From Ranitomeya imitator (Eukaryota): a stretch of 64,000 nt of DNA. Both the position numbers and the translations under genes were made by a program. The stretch is taken from the NCBI RefSeq assembly GCF_032444005.1, contig NC_091282.1:360468001-360532000 (forward strand), read 5' to 3'. Below are positions 44,025-56,714 of this stretch, in pieces (positions within the stretch are counted from its first letter, which is position 1; each line of letters begins with the position of its first letter). The notes below the pieces were generated by a model that worked only from the letters and a program-made list of their open reading frames with translations, did not search any database and was not told where the DNA came from.

Positions 44025-44891
44025 TAATGGTAGCGAAAGACAGGCAACTCAGCTTTACCTGACACATAACAAAATCTATTCAGTATTTTTATGTTTAGTT
44101 AATTGCAGTTTCAAAATATTTTTAGAACTGATTCTGTGGAAAATAACATAGCGGTGCAATAATCTACAATCACAGGTTTATTTTCTTTTACTTTTTTTTT
44201 AGCTTATGCCTATCTGATCAAGTTCTTATCTGAGTTAGCAGAGGGCTGCGACTCATATTTTATCATATTTGCTGCCTAGCAAGCTACATTCTTTGTTTCC
44301 CACACATAGAAGAGACAATTTGGTTGGGTACCTGAATTAGATTTCTAGCTCAGGGTGTGTGTGACGAGAAATTAATCATGATTATCTGATTAAATGAAAA
44401 CAAAACAAAAAAAACCCTATATTGGAACCATAGGCATTTACTATTGGGCTTATGTGTTTTGGCTGTCAAAAAATGATTCTTTTCTACATTAAGAATATAC
44501 AGGGAGTAATATGTCGTAAAAGATCTATATTGATATCAATATTTTTAGCCTCTCCTTTTGTTACAGCTACTAGGCCTTTAATATTTTTCTGCCTTGTTTC
44601 ACATTGCCTTACCTGTACTGAAATTGACATTGGTAGCAGACATCACTTCATTGGATGGCTGGCAGACTACATTGTAATTGTGCCTGTATTTTGTCATTGG
44701 GAACTCTCAATTATCTACAGATTCTTGGCCATTTATCACAGGCCGTAAAATCTAACTTCCTGCAGCATGTCATCTGCAATCTCATTATACAGAATCGTGG
44801 AATATGTGCTGCTTCCAGACTCTTCTCCCTCATTCTTTCTTCCCTTATTCCGGGATCTGGATTTTTAGCTCTTCCAAGCATTACTGCCAGA

Positions 44892-44922
<31 letters not shown>

Positions 44923-45230
44923 TATATTTATAATTTTTCCCCTAAAATCTGCTGTCATTCCAGATGCTTTATTAATTTTCCCAGTTTTCATCTACAATTC
45001 AAGTGCCTGTAAATTTCAATAAAATAGGAAGTGACAAGTGAGGTAAAAAATGCAAGTCCCCAAATGAAGAAGTGGAACGTAGAGTTAAAAATAAAACCTT
45101 TATATCGGCCAGACGCTTCACATACTTCTACATGCTGAGACTTTTTGATATATAGAATTTAAGACAACTTGGGAAAATGATGAATCCTGTTTTTTTTAAT
45201 ATTAAGCCCTAGGTAGCACCATTCACTTAC

Positions 45231-45333
45231 CAGTTGTGTGCAGGCCACTCCTGGGTGATGGAGAGTCTGAATCTTCTTCACCAAAAATCAAGCGAAAATC
45301 CAGCTCCCCATCTTGGCAAATAGCTGTCCCCAT
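45231..45333 (-). CDS. nfatc4: First coding exon of an NFAT-family gene, most likely NFATC4
   Basis: ATG at 45333 gives MGTAICQDGELDFRLIFGEEDSDSPSPRSGLHTT, then a phase-1 donor CTG|GTAAGT at 45231/45230. It aligns without gaps to the NFATC4 N-terminus as I recall it (MGAASCEDEELEFKLVFGEEK). NFATC3 is the alternative. Confidence 0.8.
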
Positions 45334-46110
45334 TTGGAATGATGCGGTTAGTCAGGAGATGGTAAAGAATAGATAGGACTAAAATTCTAAAGTAGAATGG
45401 GCGATGGGGAGGAAAAATGTAGACAAACGGAAAAGTGAGTAAATTGCACAGAGCAGTAATGAGAAGGATAGGGGAAAGTAAACTAGAGAGGTGAGGACCA
45501 AAGTGTGGAAAAGTTGCGTGCCGTCCAACAGAAGCTGGGGACAAGGTCTAACAGTGGAAAGCAGGAACATGTGAGAGAAGAGATACAAAAGGAGAGGAAC
45601 GAAGCACGTTACTGTATATACAGGAGGAATATATAAATACAGAACGGCAGACAGAGGAGGGGTGGGGGATTCCTCCTGCAGATCCCAGTATCCCCAGCTC
45701 CCCTCCTGCTCTTGTCCTCCCCACTTCTCAGCCTTTAGCATTCCTCACTCCCAGATTTTTCCCTCTGTGTTTTTTTTTTTAATGGGAAACTTATTATAGA
45801 TTTTTTTTGTTTAAGGCAGGGAAAACCCAAAAAGAAGAAAGGAACTTTTCCAGCGCCGCCTCTTGACATTTGCAATTGGCTGCAGCTTGTACTGACATCA
45901 TTCCAATCTTTTTTTTTTTCCTAGTCCTGGCCTCTGCTCTCTCTCCCTCTAAAAATACAGTATGTCACTGGAAGGGAAGTTTGTTTTAAAAGATCCAGGG
46001 TTTTGACAGGATGTGCAGTGGTTGGCCAGGAAGGCTCCCACCTTCCTATACCATTGGATAGGCAGATTGTCAATTGGCTAGTGGGATGCTGAGGACGGAG
46101 CTCTGCCTCC
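45334..46110 (-). promoter_or_regulatory. Putative 5' UTR and promoter of the NFAT gene
   Basis: Transposon-free island directly upstream of the ATG. The UTR strand is pyrimidine-rich. CCAAT/ATTGG boxes lie near 45876, 46054 and 46073. The TSS cannot be determined. Confidence 0.45.
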
Positions 46111-48509
46111 GATTATGTCCAAATCGTAGAAAGAACAATCAAGAAAAAGTGCAGACAGAACAACAACAGCGTGTGAGCTACTAACCAGCCTCTCATGAGA
46201 TCACCTATGCTAGTTTTCAGTACAAGCTTTTCTCGTAAGACGTTACATAGACTTTTCTTCGACTATTTTTTCACCCTTGTCAGGAGACATTAAATACAAA
46301 GTTCCTCCTCTTGTTTTCTTCACTTCTGCCGCCTGCGGTCTACATGCTGATGAGTCTAGTCACGGGCAGCAGAGAGGCCTGGATGTTATTACTATAAAGA
46401 ACCTCAGGCTGGCTCCTATCTCATCTGATCGGTTCTCACGTACATAAGGAAAACTGCAAGACACAACTGCTAAGGTCAACAGCATCCACAAAACTATTGA
46501 AAACTGCAGATATATGGGAATCAAATTCATTTTTAAGTAATTAAAATAAATAATTGTACAATCATAGCTGTATGATTCTAAGTACATCAAAGTTTTTTTT
46601 TCTCTCTTCTCAAGCTTACAAAATTCTGCTGCTAATCCTAAGACGTGACTTAACAATTTAGCTCTAAGTGGTCAGTCGCGTGGCAACTTTTATTATGATG
46701 AAAATAATACTATGATATGATACTTAACCATTCAAAAAGCACAAAATAATAGATGATAAATTAATTGATGAGCAGAGCTAATTCATTGTTATCTGCTGCT
46801 TGATTCAAAAATGTAAATAGCACCCCTACTTGCAGTGTGATTTAAACCTGATGGGAACAAATGCAATTCTGTCACCTTTAGCTTTACGTTATTCACTATT
46901 GTTTTGAACCTTAACCCCTTAGTGACAGAGCCAATTTGGTACTTAATGACCAGGCCAATTTTTGCAATTCTGACCACTGTCACTTTATGAGGTTATAACT
47001 CTGGAACGCTTCAACGGATCCCGCTGATTCTGAGACTGTTTTTTCGTGACATAGTGTACTTCATGTTAGTGGTAACATTTCTTCGATATTACTTGCAATT
47101 ATTTATGAAAAAAACGGAAACTTTGTATTTTTATGCCCTTAAATCAGAGAGATATGTCACAAAAAATAGTTAATAAATAACATTTCCCACATGTCTACTT
47201 TACATCAGCACAATTTTGGAAACAACATTTTTTTTTGTTAGGGAGTTATAAGGGTTAAAAGTTGACCAGCAATTTCTCGTTTTTACAACACCTTTTTTTT
47301 TTAGGGACCACATCACATTTGAAGTCATTTTGAGGGGTCTATGATAGAAAATAACAAAGTGTGACACCATTCTAAAAACCACACCCCTCAAGGTTCTCAA
47401 AACCACATTCAAGAAGTTTATTAACCCTTTACGTGCTTCACAGGAACTGAAACAATGTGGAAGGAAAAAATGAACATTTAACTTTTTTTTGCAAACATTT
47501 AAATTCAGAACCATTTTTTTTTATTTTCACAAGAATAAAAACAGAAATGTAACCATACATTTTGTTAGGCAATTTCTCCTGAATACGCCAATACCCCATA
47601 TGTGGGGGTAAACCACTGTTTGGGCGCACCGCAGAACTTGGAAGCGAAGGAGCGCCGTTTGACTTTTTCAATGCAGAATTGGCTGGAATTGAGTTCGGAT
47701 GCCATGTCACGTTTAGAGAGCCCCTGATGTGCCTAAACAGTGGAAACCCCCCACAAGTGACACCATTTTGTAAACTAGACCCCTTAAGGAACTTATCTAG
47801 ATGTGTGGTGAGAACTTTGAATGCCCAAGTGCTTCACAGAAGTTTATAACGTTGAGCAGTGAAAATAAAAAAATCGCATTTTTTCTACAAAAATGATCTT
47901 TTTGCCCCCAAATTTTTATTTTCACAAGGGTAACAGGAGAAATTGAACCACAAACGTTGTTGTCCAATTTATCCCGAGTATGCTGATGCTCCATATGTGG
48001 GGGTAAACCACTGTTTGGGCACACGGCAGAGCTCGGAAGGAAGGAGCGCCGTTTTGGAATGCAGACTTAGAATGGTCTGTGGGCGTTATGTTGCGTTTGC
48101 AGAGCCCCTGATGTACCTAAACAGTAGTAACCCCCCACATGTGACCCCATTTTGGAAACTCCCCATGGAACTTATCTAGAAGTGTGGTGAGAACTTTGAA
48201 TGCCCAAGTGCTTCACAGAAGTTTAGAATGCAGAGTCGTGAAAATAAAAAAAAAAAATTTTTCCACAAAAAGATTTTGTAGCCCCCAAGTTTTTATTTTC
48301 ACAAGGGTAACAGGAGAAATTGGACCCCAAAATTGTTGTCCAATTTATCCCGAGTACGCTGATGCCCTATATGTGGGGGTAACCCACTGTTTGGGTGCAC
48401 GGCAGAGCTCAGAAGGGAGGGAGCACCATTTGACTTTTTGAGCACAAAATTGGCTGTCGTGTTTGGAGACCCCCTGATGTAACTAAACAGTGGAAACCCC
48501 CCAATTCTA

Positions 48510-49343
48510 GCTCCAACCCTAACCCCAACACACCCCTAACCCTAATCCCAACCCGATCCATAATCCTAATCACTAACCCTAACGATAATCACAACCCTTA
48601 CCCCAAAAGAACCCTAATGTCAACCCTAACCATAACCCTAATCAAAACCCTAAATCCAACACACCCCTAATCCTAATCTCAACCCTAACCTCAAACCTAA
48701 CCCTAATCCCAATACACCCCTAATCACAACCCTAACCTTAACCCTAATCCCAAACCTAACCCTAATCCCAAGCGTAACCCTAATACCAACCCTAACCCTA
48801 ATACCAACCCTTATCCAAACCCTAACCCTAATCCCAACTCTAACCCTAACTTTAGCCCCAACCCTAACCCTAGCCCTAAGGCTACTTTCACACTTGCGTC
48901 GTTTGGCATCTGTCGCAATCCGTCATTTTGGTCAAAAAACGGATCCTCCAAATGGGCCCGCAGGATGCGTTTTTTGCCCATAGACTTGTATTGCCGACGG
49001 ATCGTGACGGATGGCCACACGTCGCATCCGTCGTGCACTGGATCAGTTGTGTTTTGGCGGACCGGCGGCACAAAAAACGTTCAATGTAACTTTTTTTGTA
49101 CGTCGCGTCCGCTATTTCTGACCGCACATGCGTGGCCGTAACTCCGCCCCCTCCTCCCCAGGACATAGATTGGGCAGCGGATGCGTTGAAAAACTACATC
49201 CGCTGCCCACGTTGTGCACAATTTTCGCAACGTGCGTCGGTATGTCGGGCCGACACATTGCGACGGCCCCGTACTGACGTAAGTGTGAAAGAACCCTAAC
49301 CCTAAATTTAGCCCCAACCCTAACCCTAAATTTAGCCCCAACC
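48510..49343. repeat. Degenerate (CCCTAA)n telomere-like tract inside the piggyBac-type element
   Basis: Many AACCCT/CCCTAA hexamers and variants. The tract is split by a MITE and ends at the N gap. Confidence 0.85.
48880..49296. mobile_element. Harbinger-type MITE inserted in a TAA of the telomere-like tract
   Basis: GGCTACTTTCACAC...GTGTGAAAGAACCC with TAA TSD. Confidence 0.78.
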
Positions 49344-50481
49344 NNNNNNNNNNNNNNNNNNNNNNNNNNNNNNNNNNNNNNNNNNNNNNNNNNNNNNNNN
49401 NNNNNNNNNNNNNNNNNNNNNNNNNNNNNNNNNNNNNNNNNNNNNNNNNNNNNNNNNNNNNNNNNNNNNNNNNNNNNNNNNNNNNNNNNNNNNNNNNNNN
49501 NAACTGCTGTTCTCCTGCCGGCCGGCAGATGGAGACAGATGGCGGGCGCACTGCGCATGCGCCCACCATTTTCTTTTCTCCGGCGGCCAGGAGGAGCAGC
49601 AGGAGGACCCAGGGACACAGGTGAGTATGATAGGGTCCCCAAATCCCCCTATTTCTCTGTCCTCTGATATGCGATCACATCAGAGGACAGAGAATTACAC
49701 TTTGATTTTTTTTTTTTTTTTTTGCGGTCGCCGGTAAACAGTTAATTATCGGCGATCACAAAACAGGGGTCGGTAAAACCGACCCCGATCATGTTCTTTG
49801 GGGTCTTGGCCAAAGATTCTCCCGGTGCCGGCCGGTGGGCGCACTGCGTATGCGCCCGCCATTTTGAAGATGGCGGCGCCCACCGGGAGCCACGAGGAGC
49901 AGCGGGGGAGATAGGTGAGTATCGGGGGGCTATCTGGGACCCCTATTCTCTGTCCTCTGATGTGCGATCACATCGGAGGACAGAGAAATTAAAAAGAGAT
50001 TGCGTTTTGTTTTTTTTCGATCGCCAGTAAACGGTTAATTACCGGCGATCGCAAATGCGGGGTCGGTACAAACCCCCCCGAATCATGTTCTCTGGAGTCT
50101 CGGCTACCCCCGGCAGCCGAGACCCCGGAGAAAATCTGACTCTGGGGGGCGCTATTCACTTTTTCCACAGCGCCGTTAATTAACGGCGCTGTGCTTTAAG
50201 TACCCTTAGCAGCCGCCGTTAAAAGGCGTATCGGCGGTCGCTAAGGGGTTAAGGAAATTGGACCTGTGATCGGTAGTGTACTGCTAACATCAGCATCTTG
50301 AATTAACACAGAAAAAAAGGAGCAGCACTGCTTATCTACCTATCTTAGTCGCAGAACAAATGCACTCTCAGGATGCAGCAAACCCATGTAGTAATGATGG
50401 TGGCAACACAGGTGCAAAATACTGATGAGACAACCACTCACAGCCTACCAATCCATGGAGGGGATGATTCCTCAGTATATG

Positions 50482-53400
50482 TGTTAGGCGTCAGGATTCT
50501 CCCGCTGCGCAGGATAATAGATCCCAAGCCTTATTTGCCTGTGTGGTCTCCCATTCAGCTTCAGCCGCTGTGGAGTATAGTCCCAGCATCTTGCTCAGGT
50601 TCGTGCTGTTCGTTTGGTTACTGCTGGCTCTCCAGCCAAGCCCTTAGTAACCAGTAATATTCAGGTGCAGTTCAGCACTCTGGAGCCTAAGTCCAGAAAT
50701 CACCTTACTGAGCATGTCTGTGATGTGGCAGCTCCGGATTGGCTGGCAGGTCGGCCGGGCATGAGTGTTTTGGGGTGGAGCCTAATGTTTAAAAGGCTCT
50801 CAGAGGCGCACGCCGGTGCTTTGGAATCTTTATATGTATGGCTATGTGAGAGAGTCTCTACCACTCTGTCTGCAAGTGTCATGAGTCTGTCTAAGCTTTG
50901 AGACTGTACACGTAGGCAAGCGTCAGTGGGGGCAATTAGCCATTGGCTTAGCATCTGGTTTCTACATGTGTGTGGTTAACACAGCAGAGTTCCAGGGCAA
51001 GCACAACCCTAATCAGGGTATTAAGCTCAGAGCATCAGTTCCGTTACTGTGTGTGAGTGACACAGCTCAGTTGCAGTGCATCTGTTCCATTGCTGTTTGC
51101 GAATTACACAGCTCTGTTGCAGAGCTTCTCTTTAGATTCTGTGTCCGAGTGACACAGCTCAGTGCAGAGCAGCATTTTCGCTTCTGTACTGTTCCTCTAG
51201 CAGCAGTTTTCCATCTCTGCACAGTGGACCCTGGCTTGCTATTGTGCTTTATTAGTTATTTTATTTAGCGCAATCTGCCAACCCAAACAGTATACTAGCA
51301 CCAGGGTCTGGCTAGAAATGGCGGACAAGCAGCAGCTTCAGCAGAATATCAAGCAGCTGGAGGGCAGGTTGTCCACGCTTGAGCGGGCGACTTTAGCAGA
51401 GGATCAATCCGCAGTTGTGGCACAGGCAGCCAGTGAAGCCGCTACTAGGGTTTTTGCAGCGACTCTTGTTCCGTCTTTCCCACACTTCCTGCTTCCCAAT
51501 AAGTTCTCAGGGGACAGCAAGGCTTGCAGGGGATTCGTGAACCAGTTGGAGTGGGTGACACCGCTATGGGGGTGTAAGGACCAGGTGGTCTTGAGAGCCT
51601 CTCGCTTCCTGGGCGCCCTGAAGCAGGTCTTCATAGGACCTCAGATTACCCACGACGCCACACTCCAGCTCTTGGCGTTTACCCAGGGCTCTTCCATGGC
51701 CAGCCGGATTGCTATCTGTTTCTGGACATTAGCTTCCGAGTTGAAGTGGTCAGATCAGGTTCTTATTCCCATTTTTTGGAGGGGCCTTACTGCACACGTT
51801 AAGGATGCTCTGGTCACTAGAGAGATTCCCACTACACTGGAGGACTTAATATCGGTGTTCACAGTCCAGCCCAGTGTAGACAAATGATTCGGTTGGCCCC
51901 AAGTTTTACCAATCCTTTCGAGTCTCTGGCTCAGACTATCGAGCCAGTGAAGGCCATGGAGGTATCTCGAGCAGAACCTAGGTTCCATTCTGTTCGTTCA
52001 CATCAAATCTGCTTTTTTTGTAGGCAGACAGGTCATTACGCTAACAAGTGTCCCAGGCTGCAGAGAGACGACTGCATCTAGTGGCTATCGGAGGAGGCTC
52101 GCTAGAAACGGCAGATGTGTCCTCCAAACTAACCTTTAAGGTGACTCTTTCTTATGGGTCAACCACTCACATTACTGAGGCTTGCATGGATTCCGAGGTT
52201 GAGGGCAATTTTTTGTCTTCCATCTTCGCCCGACGGCACGCAATACCCCTAATGATGCTGTCAAAACCAGTCACCATCCGGGTGGTTAATGGGTCCGCTC
52301 TATCTACCCAGATCACCCATCAAACCATTCGTCTTACACTCATAATCTCTCCAAAACATCAGGAGATAATTTCCTTGGTGTTCCTCCCCGAGGGTATTGA
52401 TGAGGTACTATTAGGCATACCCTGGTTGTGCCGCAATTCACCTCACATAGATTGAGCTACTGGGAACATACTGGGATGGAGTAGGTCATGTGAGGGACAG
52501 TGTCTTAGAGCCCAATTTCTGGTTGGGTAGTCTGAGGTAACTTCAGATCTAACCTCTCTTCCTAAGCACTACTGGCACTATGTGGATGTGTTCTCTAAGA
52601 AGGCTGTGGAGTCTCTTCCTCCCCGTTGCCCTTTTGATTGCCCTATAGACCTCATCCCGGAGTCACAGCCTCCTCGTGGGTGTGTCTACCCTTTGTCTCT
52701 CCCAGAGACTGAGGCTATGTCAGAGTACATCAGGGAGAATCTGGTGAAGGGGTTTATTAGGAAGTCAGTGTCTCCTTCTGGGGCTGGAATCTTTTTTGTC
52801 CAGAAGAAGAGTGGGGAACTTCGTCCTTGCATAATAATAATAAAAATAATCTTTATTTATATAGCGCCAACATATTCCGCAGCGCTTTACAGTTTAACAG
52901 CTTCAATCACAACAGTCATAAGTAACAATGTTAACAATACAATAATTAAAGCAACACAAGACGACCCTGTTCGTGAGAGCTTACAATCTACAATGAGGTG
53001 GGGAGATACAAAGTACAGGTGTGTATTTACAATGATGTATTTACAATGATGGTCCAGCCATGTTCAGGGATTGGGGGATAGGTGGAAGTAGTGAATGGGC
53101 TACACACAAACAAAATAACTGATTAGGGAACATGATAGGCCGCTCTGAACAAATGTGTTTTGAGGGAGCGCCTAAAACTATGCAAATTGTGGATGGTCCT
53201 AATTTCTTGGGGTAGAGCATTCCAGAGGATTGGCGCAGCATGGGAGAAGTCTTGTAGTCGGGAGTGGGAAGTACGGATTAGTGCAGAGGTAAGTCGAAAG
53301 TCATTTGCAGAGCACAGAGGTCGGTTAGGCCGATAGACAGAAATGAGGGAGGAGATGTAAGGGGGTGCCGCATAGATTATAGGGATTTGAATCCCATCAC

Positions 53401-53962
53401 CTTCAAAAACAAATACCTTTTGCCACTCATTTCTGAGCTCTTCGATAGACTGCGGGGTGCTAGGATATTTACTAAGTTGGATCTGCATGGGGCTTATAAT
53501 ATAATACGTATACATGAAGGGAACGAATGGAAGACTGCATTTAATACTTGGGATGGTCATTACTTAGTAATGCCGTTCGGTTTCTGTAATGCTTCCGCAG
53601 TCTTCCAAGACTTTGTCAATGATATCTTTTGGGAGTTGTTATCCACGTCTGTAGTGTTATATCTGGATGACATACTTATCTATTCTCCAAGTCTTGACAC
53701 TCACCAAAGAGATGTCTGTAGAGTCTTCGAACTCTTACGCGCCAATTCCCTTTTCGACAAATTGGAGAAATGCATGTTTGAGCAAGAGTCTCTACCTTTT
53801 CTAGGGTATATCATTTTAGCCAAGGTTTTGGCAATGGACCCTGCCAAGCTGGAGTCGGTGATGAACTGGCAGGAACCGCATTCCCTTAAAGCGGTGCTGC
53901 GCTTTTTGGGGTTTATCATCTACTACCACCAGTTCATTCCCCACTTCTCTACCCAAGCAGCT
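50482..53962 (+). mobile_element. Decayed Gypsy: 5' LTR (50482-51289), gag, knuckle, protease, RT; 3' truncated
   Basis: TGTTAGG...CAAACA LTR, PNKFSGDSKACRGF, CFFCRQTGHYANKC, MDSEVEGNF, WKTAFNT...MPFG and YLDD. Confidence 0.87.
52831..53371 (-). mobile_element. L2 LINE 3' fragment inserted in the Gypsy RT
   Basis: ...FSHAAPILWNALPQEIR...FRRSLKTHLF C-terminus and a (TAT)n tail. It interrupts LRPC|IDY. Confidence 0.85.
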
Positions 53963-53977
53963 CGCTTGCAGACACTT

Positions 53978-54541
53978 TGTTAGGCATGAACTGTGTGTGT
54001 GTCTTCTCACTTGTCTATCTCCTTACACAGGGAGCCGATTGCTGTTGTAATGCTGTTGTAGCACAGTAGCAGTGAAGAGGCAGTGACCCACAAAGTTCAA
54101 ACACAAATGTCTCTTTAATGTGTTACTTCACACATAAAGGTGCATAACATTTTATGACATCCACCTTCGGTACACCGCTGAGCACATGACTGTCTGCATC
54201 CGAGACCAGTTACCTTGGACAACTTGCATCACTGTGTATGCCAGGCTATTCAGCTGCCATAGCTGCTTGCTCTGCTGGTCTGTGCTGCTTCACACATAAC
54301 CAGCGCTCTGCAGGCCTCTGCTCTGCACGAGAGCACACACCAGACTGACACTGATGTTGCACCTGACACTGCACCTGACACCCCCATACCCCTTACGGCA
54401 GGGTTTTTAACAAACAAACCTTGGCTTTCATCCTCATGGAAAACTCGGACGGTTAATCCGTCACTGCCATGCACAACTATAGACTTCATCTGTCTCCATG
54501 CACAACTTGGAGAGAACACACAGCATCCCCTACCTGTGACA
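53978..54541. repeat. Possible solo LTR
   Basis: TGTTAGG...TGTGACA ends. No clear TSD. Confidence 0.35.
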
Positions 54542-54848
54542 CGAGTCACTTCCTCACACTGTGTAAATATTTGTGGTATTGCTGACACCAGGTCATCTGT
54601 GATCACTATATTGCATCTTTACCCTATGTCAGTGTGTGGCTGAGAAATATCATATATGATGTGGTCATGCTCTTATTTGCCTAAGACTGGGGTCACACTT
54701 AACATATGAAAATCGGTCCGAGTCTCCCTGCCAAGTGTCATGTGAGTGTCATAGGAGTACAATCCAATTTTTCACACCTTCCAATTCTCTGTCATTTACA
54801 CATCGTTTTCAAAGGAAATATTAATCAAAACACACACACACATATATA

Positions 54849-56647
54849 TCTAATATATAAAGCTGAATGTGTGTGTATGTGTGTATGTTTGTATGTCCGG
54901 GATTGGCATCTGCACCGTCGCAGCTACAGCCACAAACTTTTGCACAGTCACACGTCTGGACCCCGAGAGTGTCATAGGCTATGTTGTGGGGCGAAATTTT
55001 AACCCCGCGCGTTCCAATTCACCAAAAAATTTGCCCCTATCTACATAATGGGGAAAAAGTGAAAGAAAAAGTGTTGGAGGCAAATTGACAGCTGCCAGAT
55101 GTGAACAAGGGGGACTTAAAGAGTGAGAGTGATGGCGCCAAAGAGTATATACCGTACAGTTGCTAAGGTGGGGCCCCGACATGGGATACTCACCACACAC
55201 GGGAATATGAACACACACACAAAATGCGCCACACACTACCACGTGCTTGAACACATATACCACCCTCAGCACACATTTCACCACACATACACCAACCTCG
55301 CCACTTAAAAGTCGAAACACAAAAGTCGCAGCTCAAAACTCGCCACGCGCAAAACTCGCCACATGCAAAACTAGGCTCAAGCAAAACTCGCCACACGTGC
55401 AAAACTCACCTCATGGAAAACTCGCCACACGCAAAACTTGCACACGCGGAAAAATGCAATAGTTGCCTCACACAAAACTTGCACATACTCAAAATGCACC
55501 ACACATAAAACTCGCCACGTGCAAAACTCGCCATGCGCAAAACTTGCTGCACACAACTTGCTACACTAACATGTCGCATGCAACTCGACACACAAAAAAT
55601 TGCTACACGCATATCGCCACACGAAACTCATCTCACAAAAGTCGTTACATGCATGTCGCCACATGCAACTCAACACACACAACTTGACACATGACACTCG
55701 CCCTAAAACACACACGAGTCTGGTATTATCCTTCAAAAATAAAAATCTGATTAATAAGCAGACAAACTACAAGAGCAACAAATGTACCATATAGGAAATA
55801 CGGCAGCTGTCAGTCACATGACCTGTCTATTATGTGTATGTGTGAGCTAATATATACTGCCAGGGGGGAGGGGTTCCTATTGGCTGGGGATTTATCAGGC
55901 TGCCAATTTAGCTTACAAATACTGAGGTAAAAATACTGACCAAATAACGTGTGAACGCGGTCTAATACAGGAGGAGATGACTTACAGATATATACTATAT
56001 ACAGGGGAGATGACACACAGATATATACTATATACAGGAGAGATGACACACAGGTATATAGTATATACAGGAGGAGATGACACACAGGTGTATACTATAT
56101 ATAGGAGGAGATGACACACACATATATACTATATACAGGGGAGATGACACACAGGTAAATACTATATACAGGAGGAGATGACACACAGGTATATACTATA
56201 AACAGGGGAGATGACACACGTATATACTATATACAGGAGGAGATGACACACAGATATATACTATATACAGGAGCAGATGACACACAGGTATATACTATAT
56301 ACAGGAGGAGATGACACACGGGTATATACTATATACAGGAGGAGATGGCATACAGGTACATACTATATACAGGAGGAGATGACACACAGGTATATACTAT
56401 ATACAGGAGCATATGACACACAGGTATATACTATATACAGGAGATGACATACAGGTGTATACTATATATAAGGGAGATGACACACATGTATATACTGAGG
56501 GGAAAATGGAAAATGAGAGGTGTAAGGGAGAAAATGAGAGATGTGAGGGGGAAAATGAGAGGCATGATGGGAAAATAAGAGAAGTGAGGTGCTATAACTA
56601 ACCACAGATATTTACTATGCCCAGGCAACGCCGGGCTCTTCAGCTAG
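54849..56647 (+). mobile_element. Non-autonomous Helitron carrying two minisatellites
   Basis: A|TC 5' end and CTAG|T 3' end. A hairpin GCCCAGGC-AAC-GCCGGGC lies at 56619-56636. There is an ~18-bp repeat at about 55335-55700 and an ~33-bp repeat at about 55975-56495. Confidence 0.88.
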
Positions 56648-56714
56648 TATGTATATATATACACATATATATATAGTGATACAGTGACTGGCGTCATTGT
56701 GAATGGTTGGTATG

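Larger units (their letters stand above)
46915..50248. mobile_element. Large piggyBac-type non-autonomous element (spans an N gap)
   Basis: TTAA|CCCCTTAGTGAC...GTCGCTAAGGGG|TTAA. Internal ~380-bp tandem units lie at about 47560-48500. Confidence 0.85.

Noticed and set aside
1-45230. Search for NFAT exon 2 or other host exons
   Set aside because: No PxIxIT, SP-repeat or Rel-homology sequence was seen in any long frame. Very short exons cannot be excluded by eye.
45400-45570. Several GGAAA NFAT-like sites suggesting autoregulation
   Set aside because: The plus strand is very purine-rich here, so such 5-mers are expected by chance.
48510-49343. True telomere or chromosome-fusion scar
   Set aside because: The tract is degenerate, has one orientation only and lies inside a TTAA-flanked transposon.
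49081-49642. ORFs spanning N runs (also 59313-59621)
   Set aside because: Artefacts of assembly gaps.
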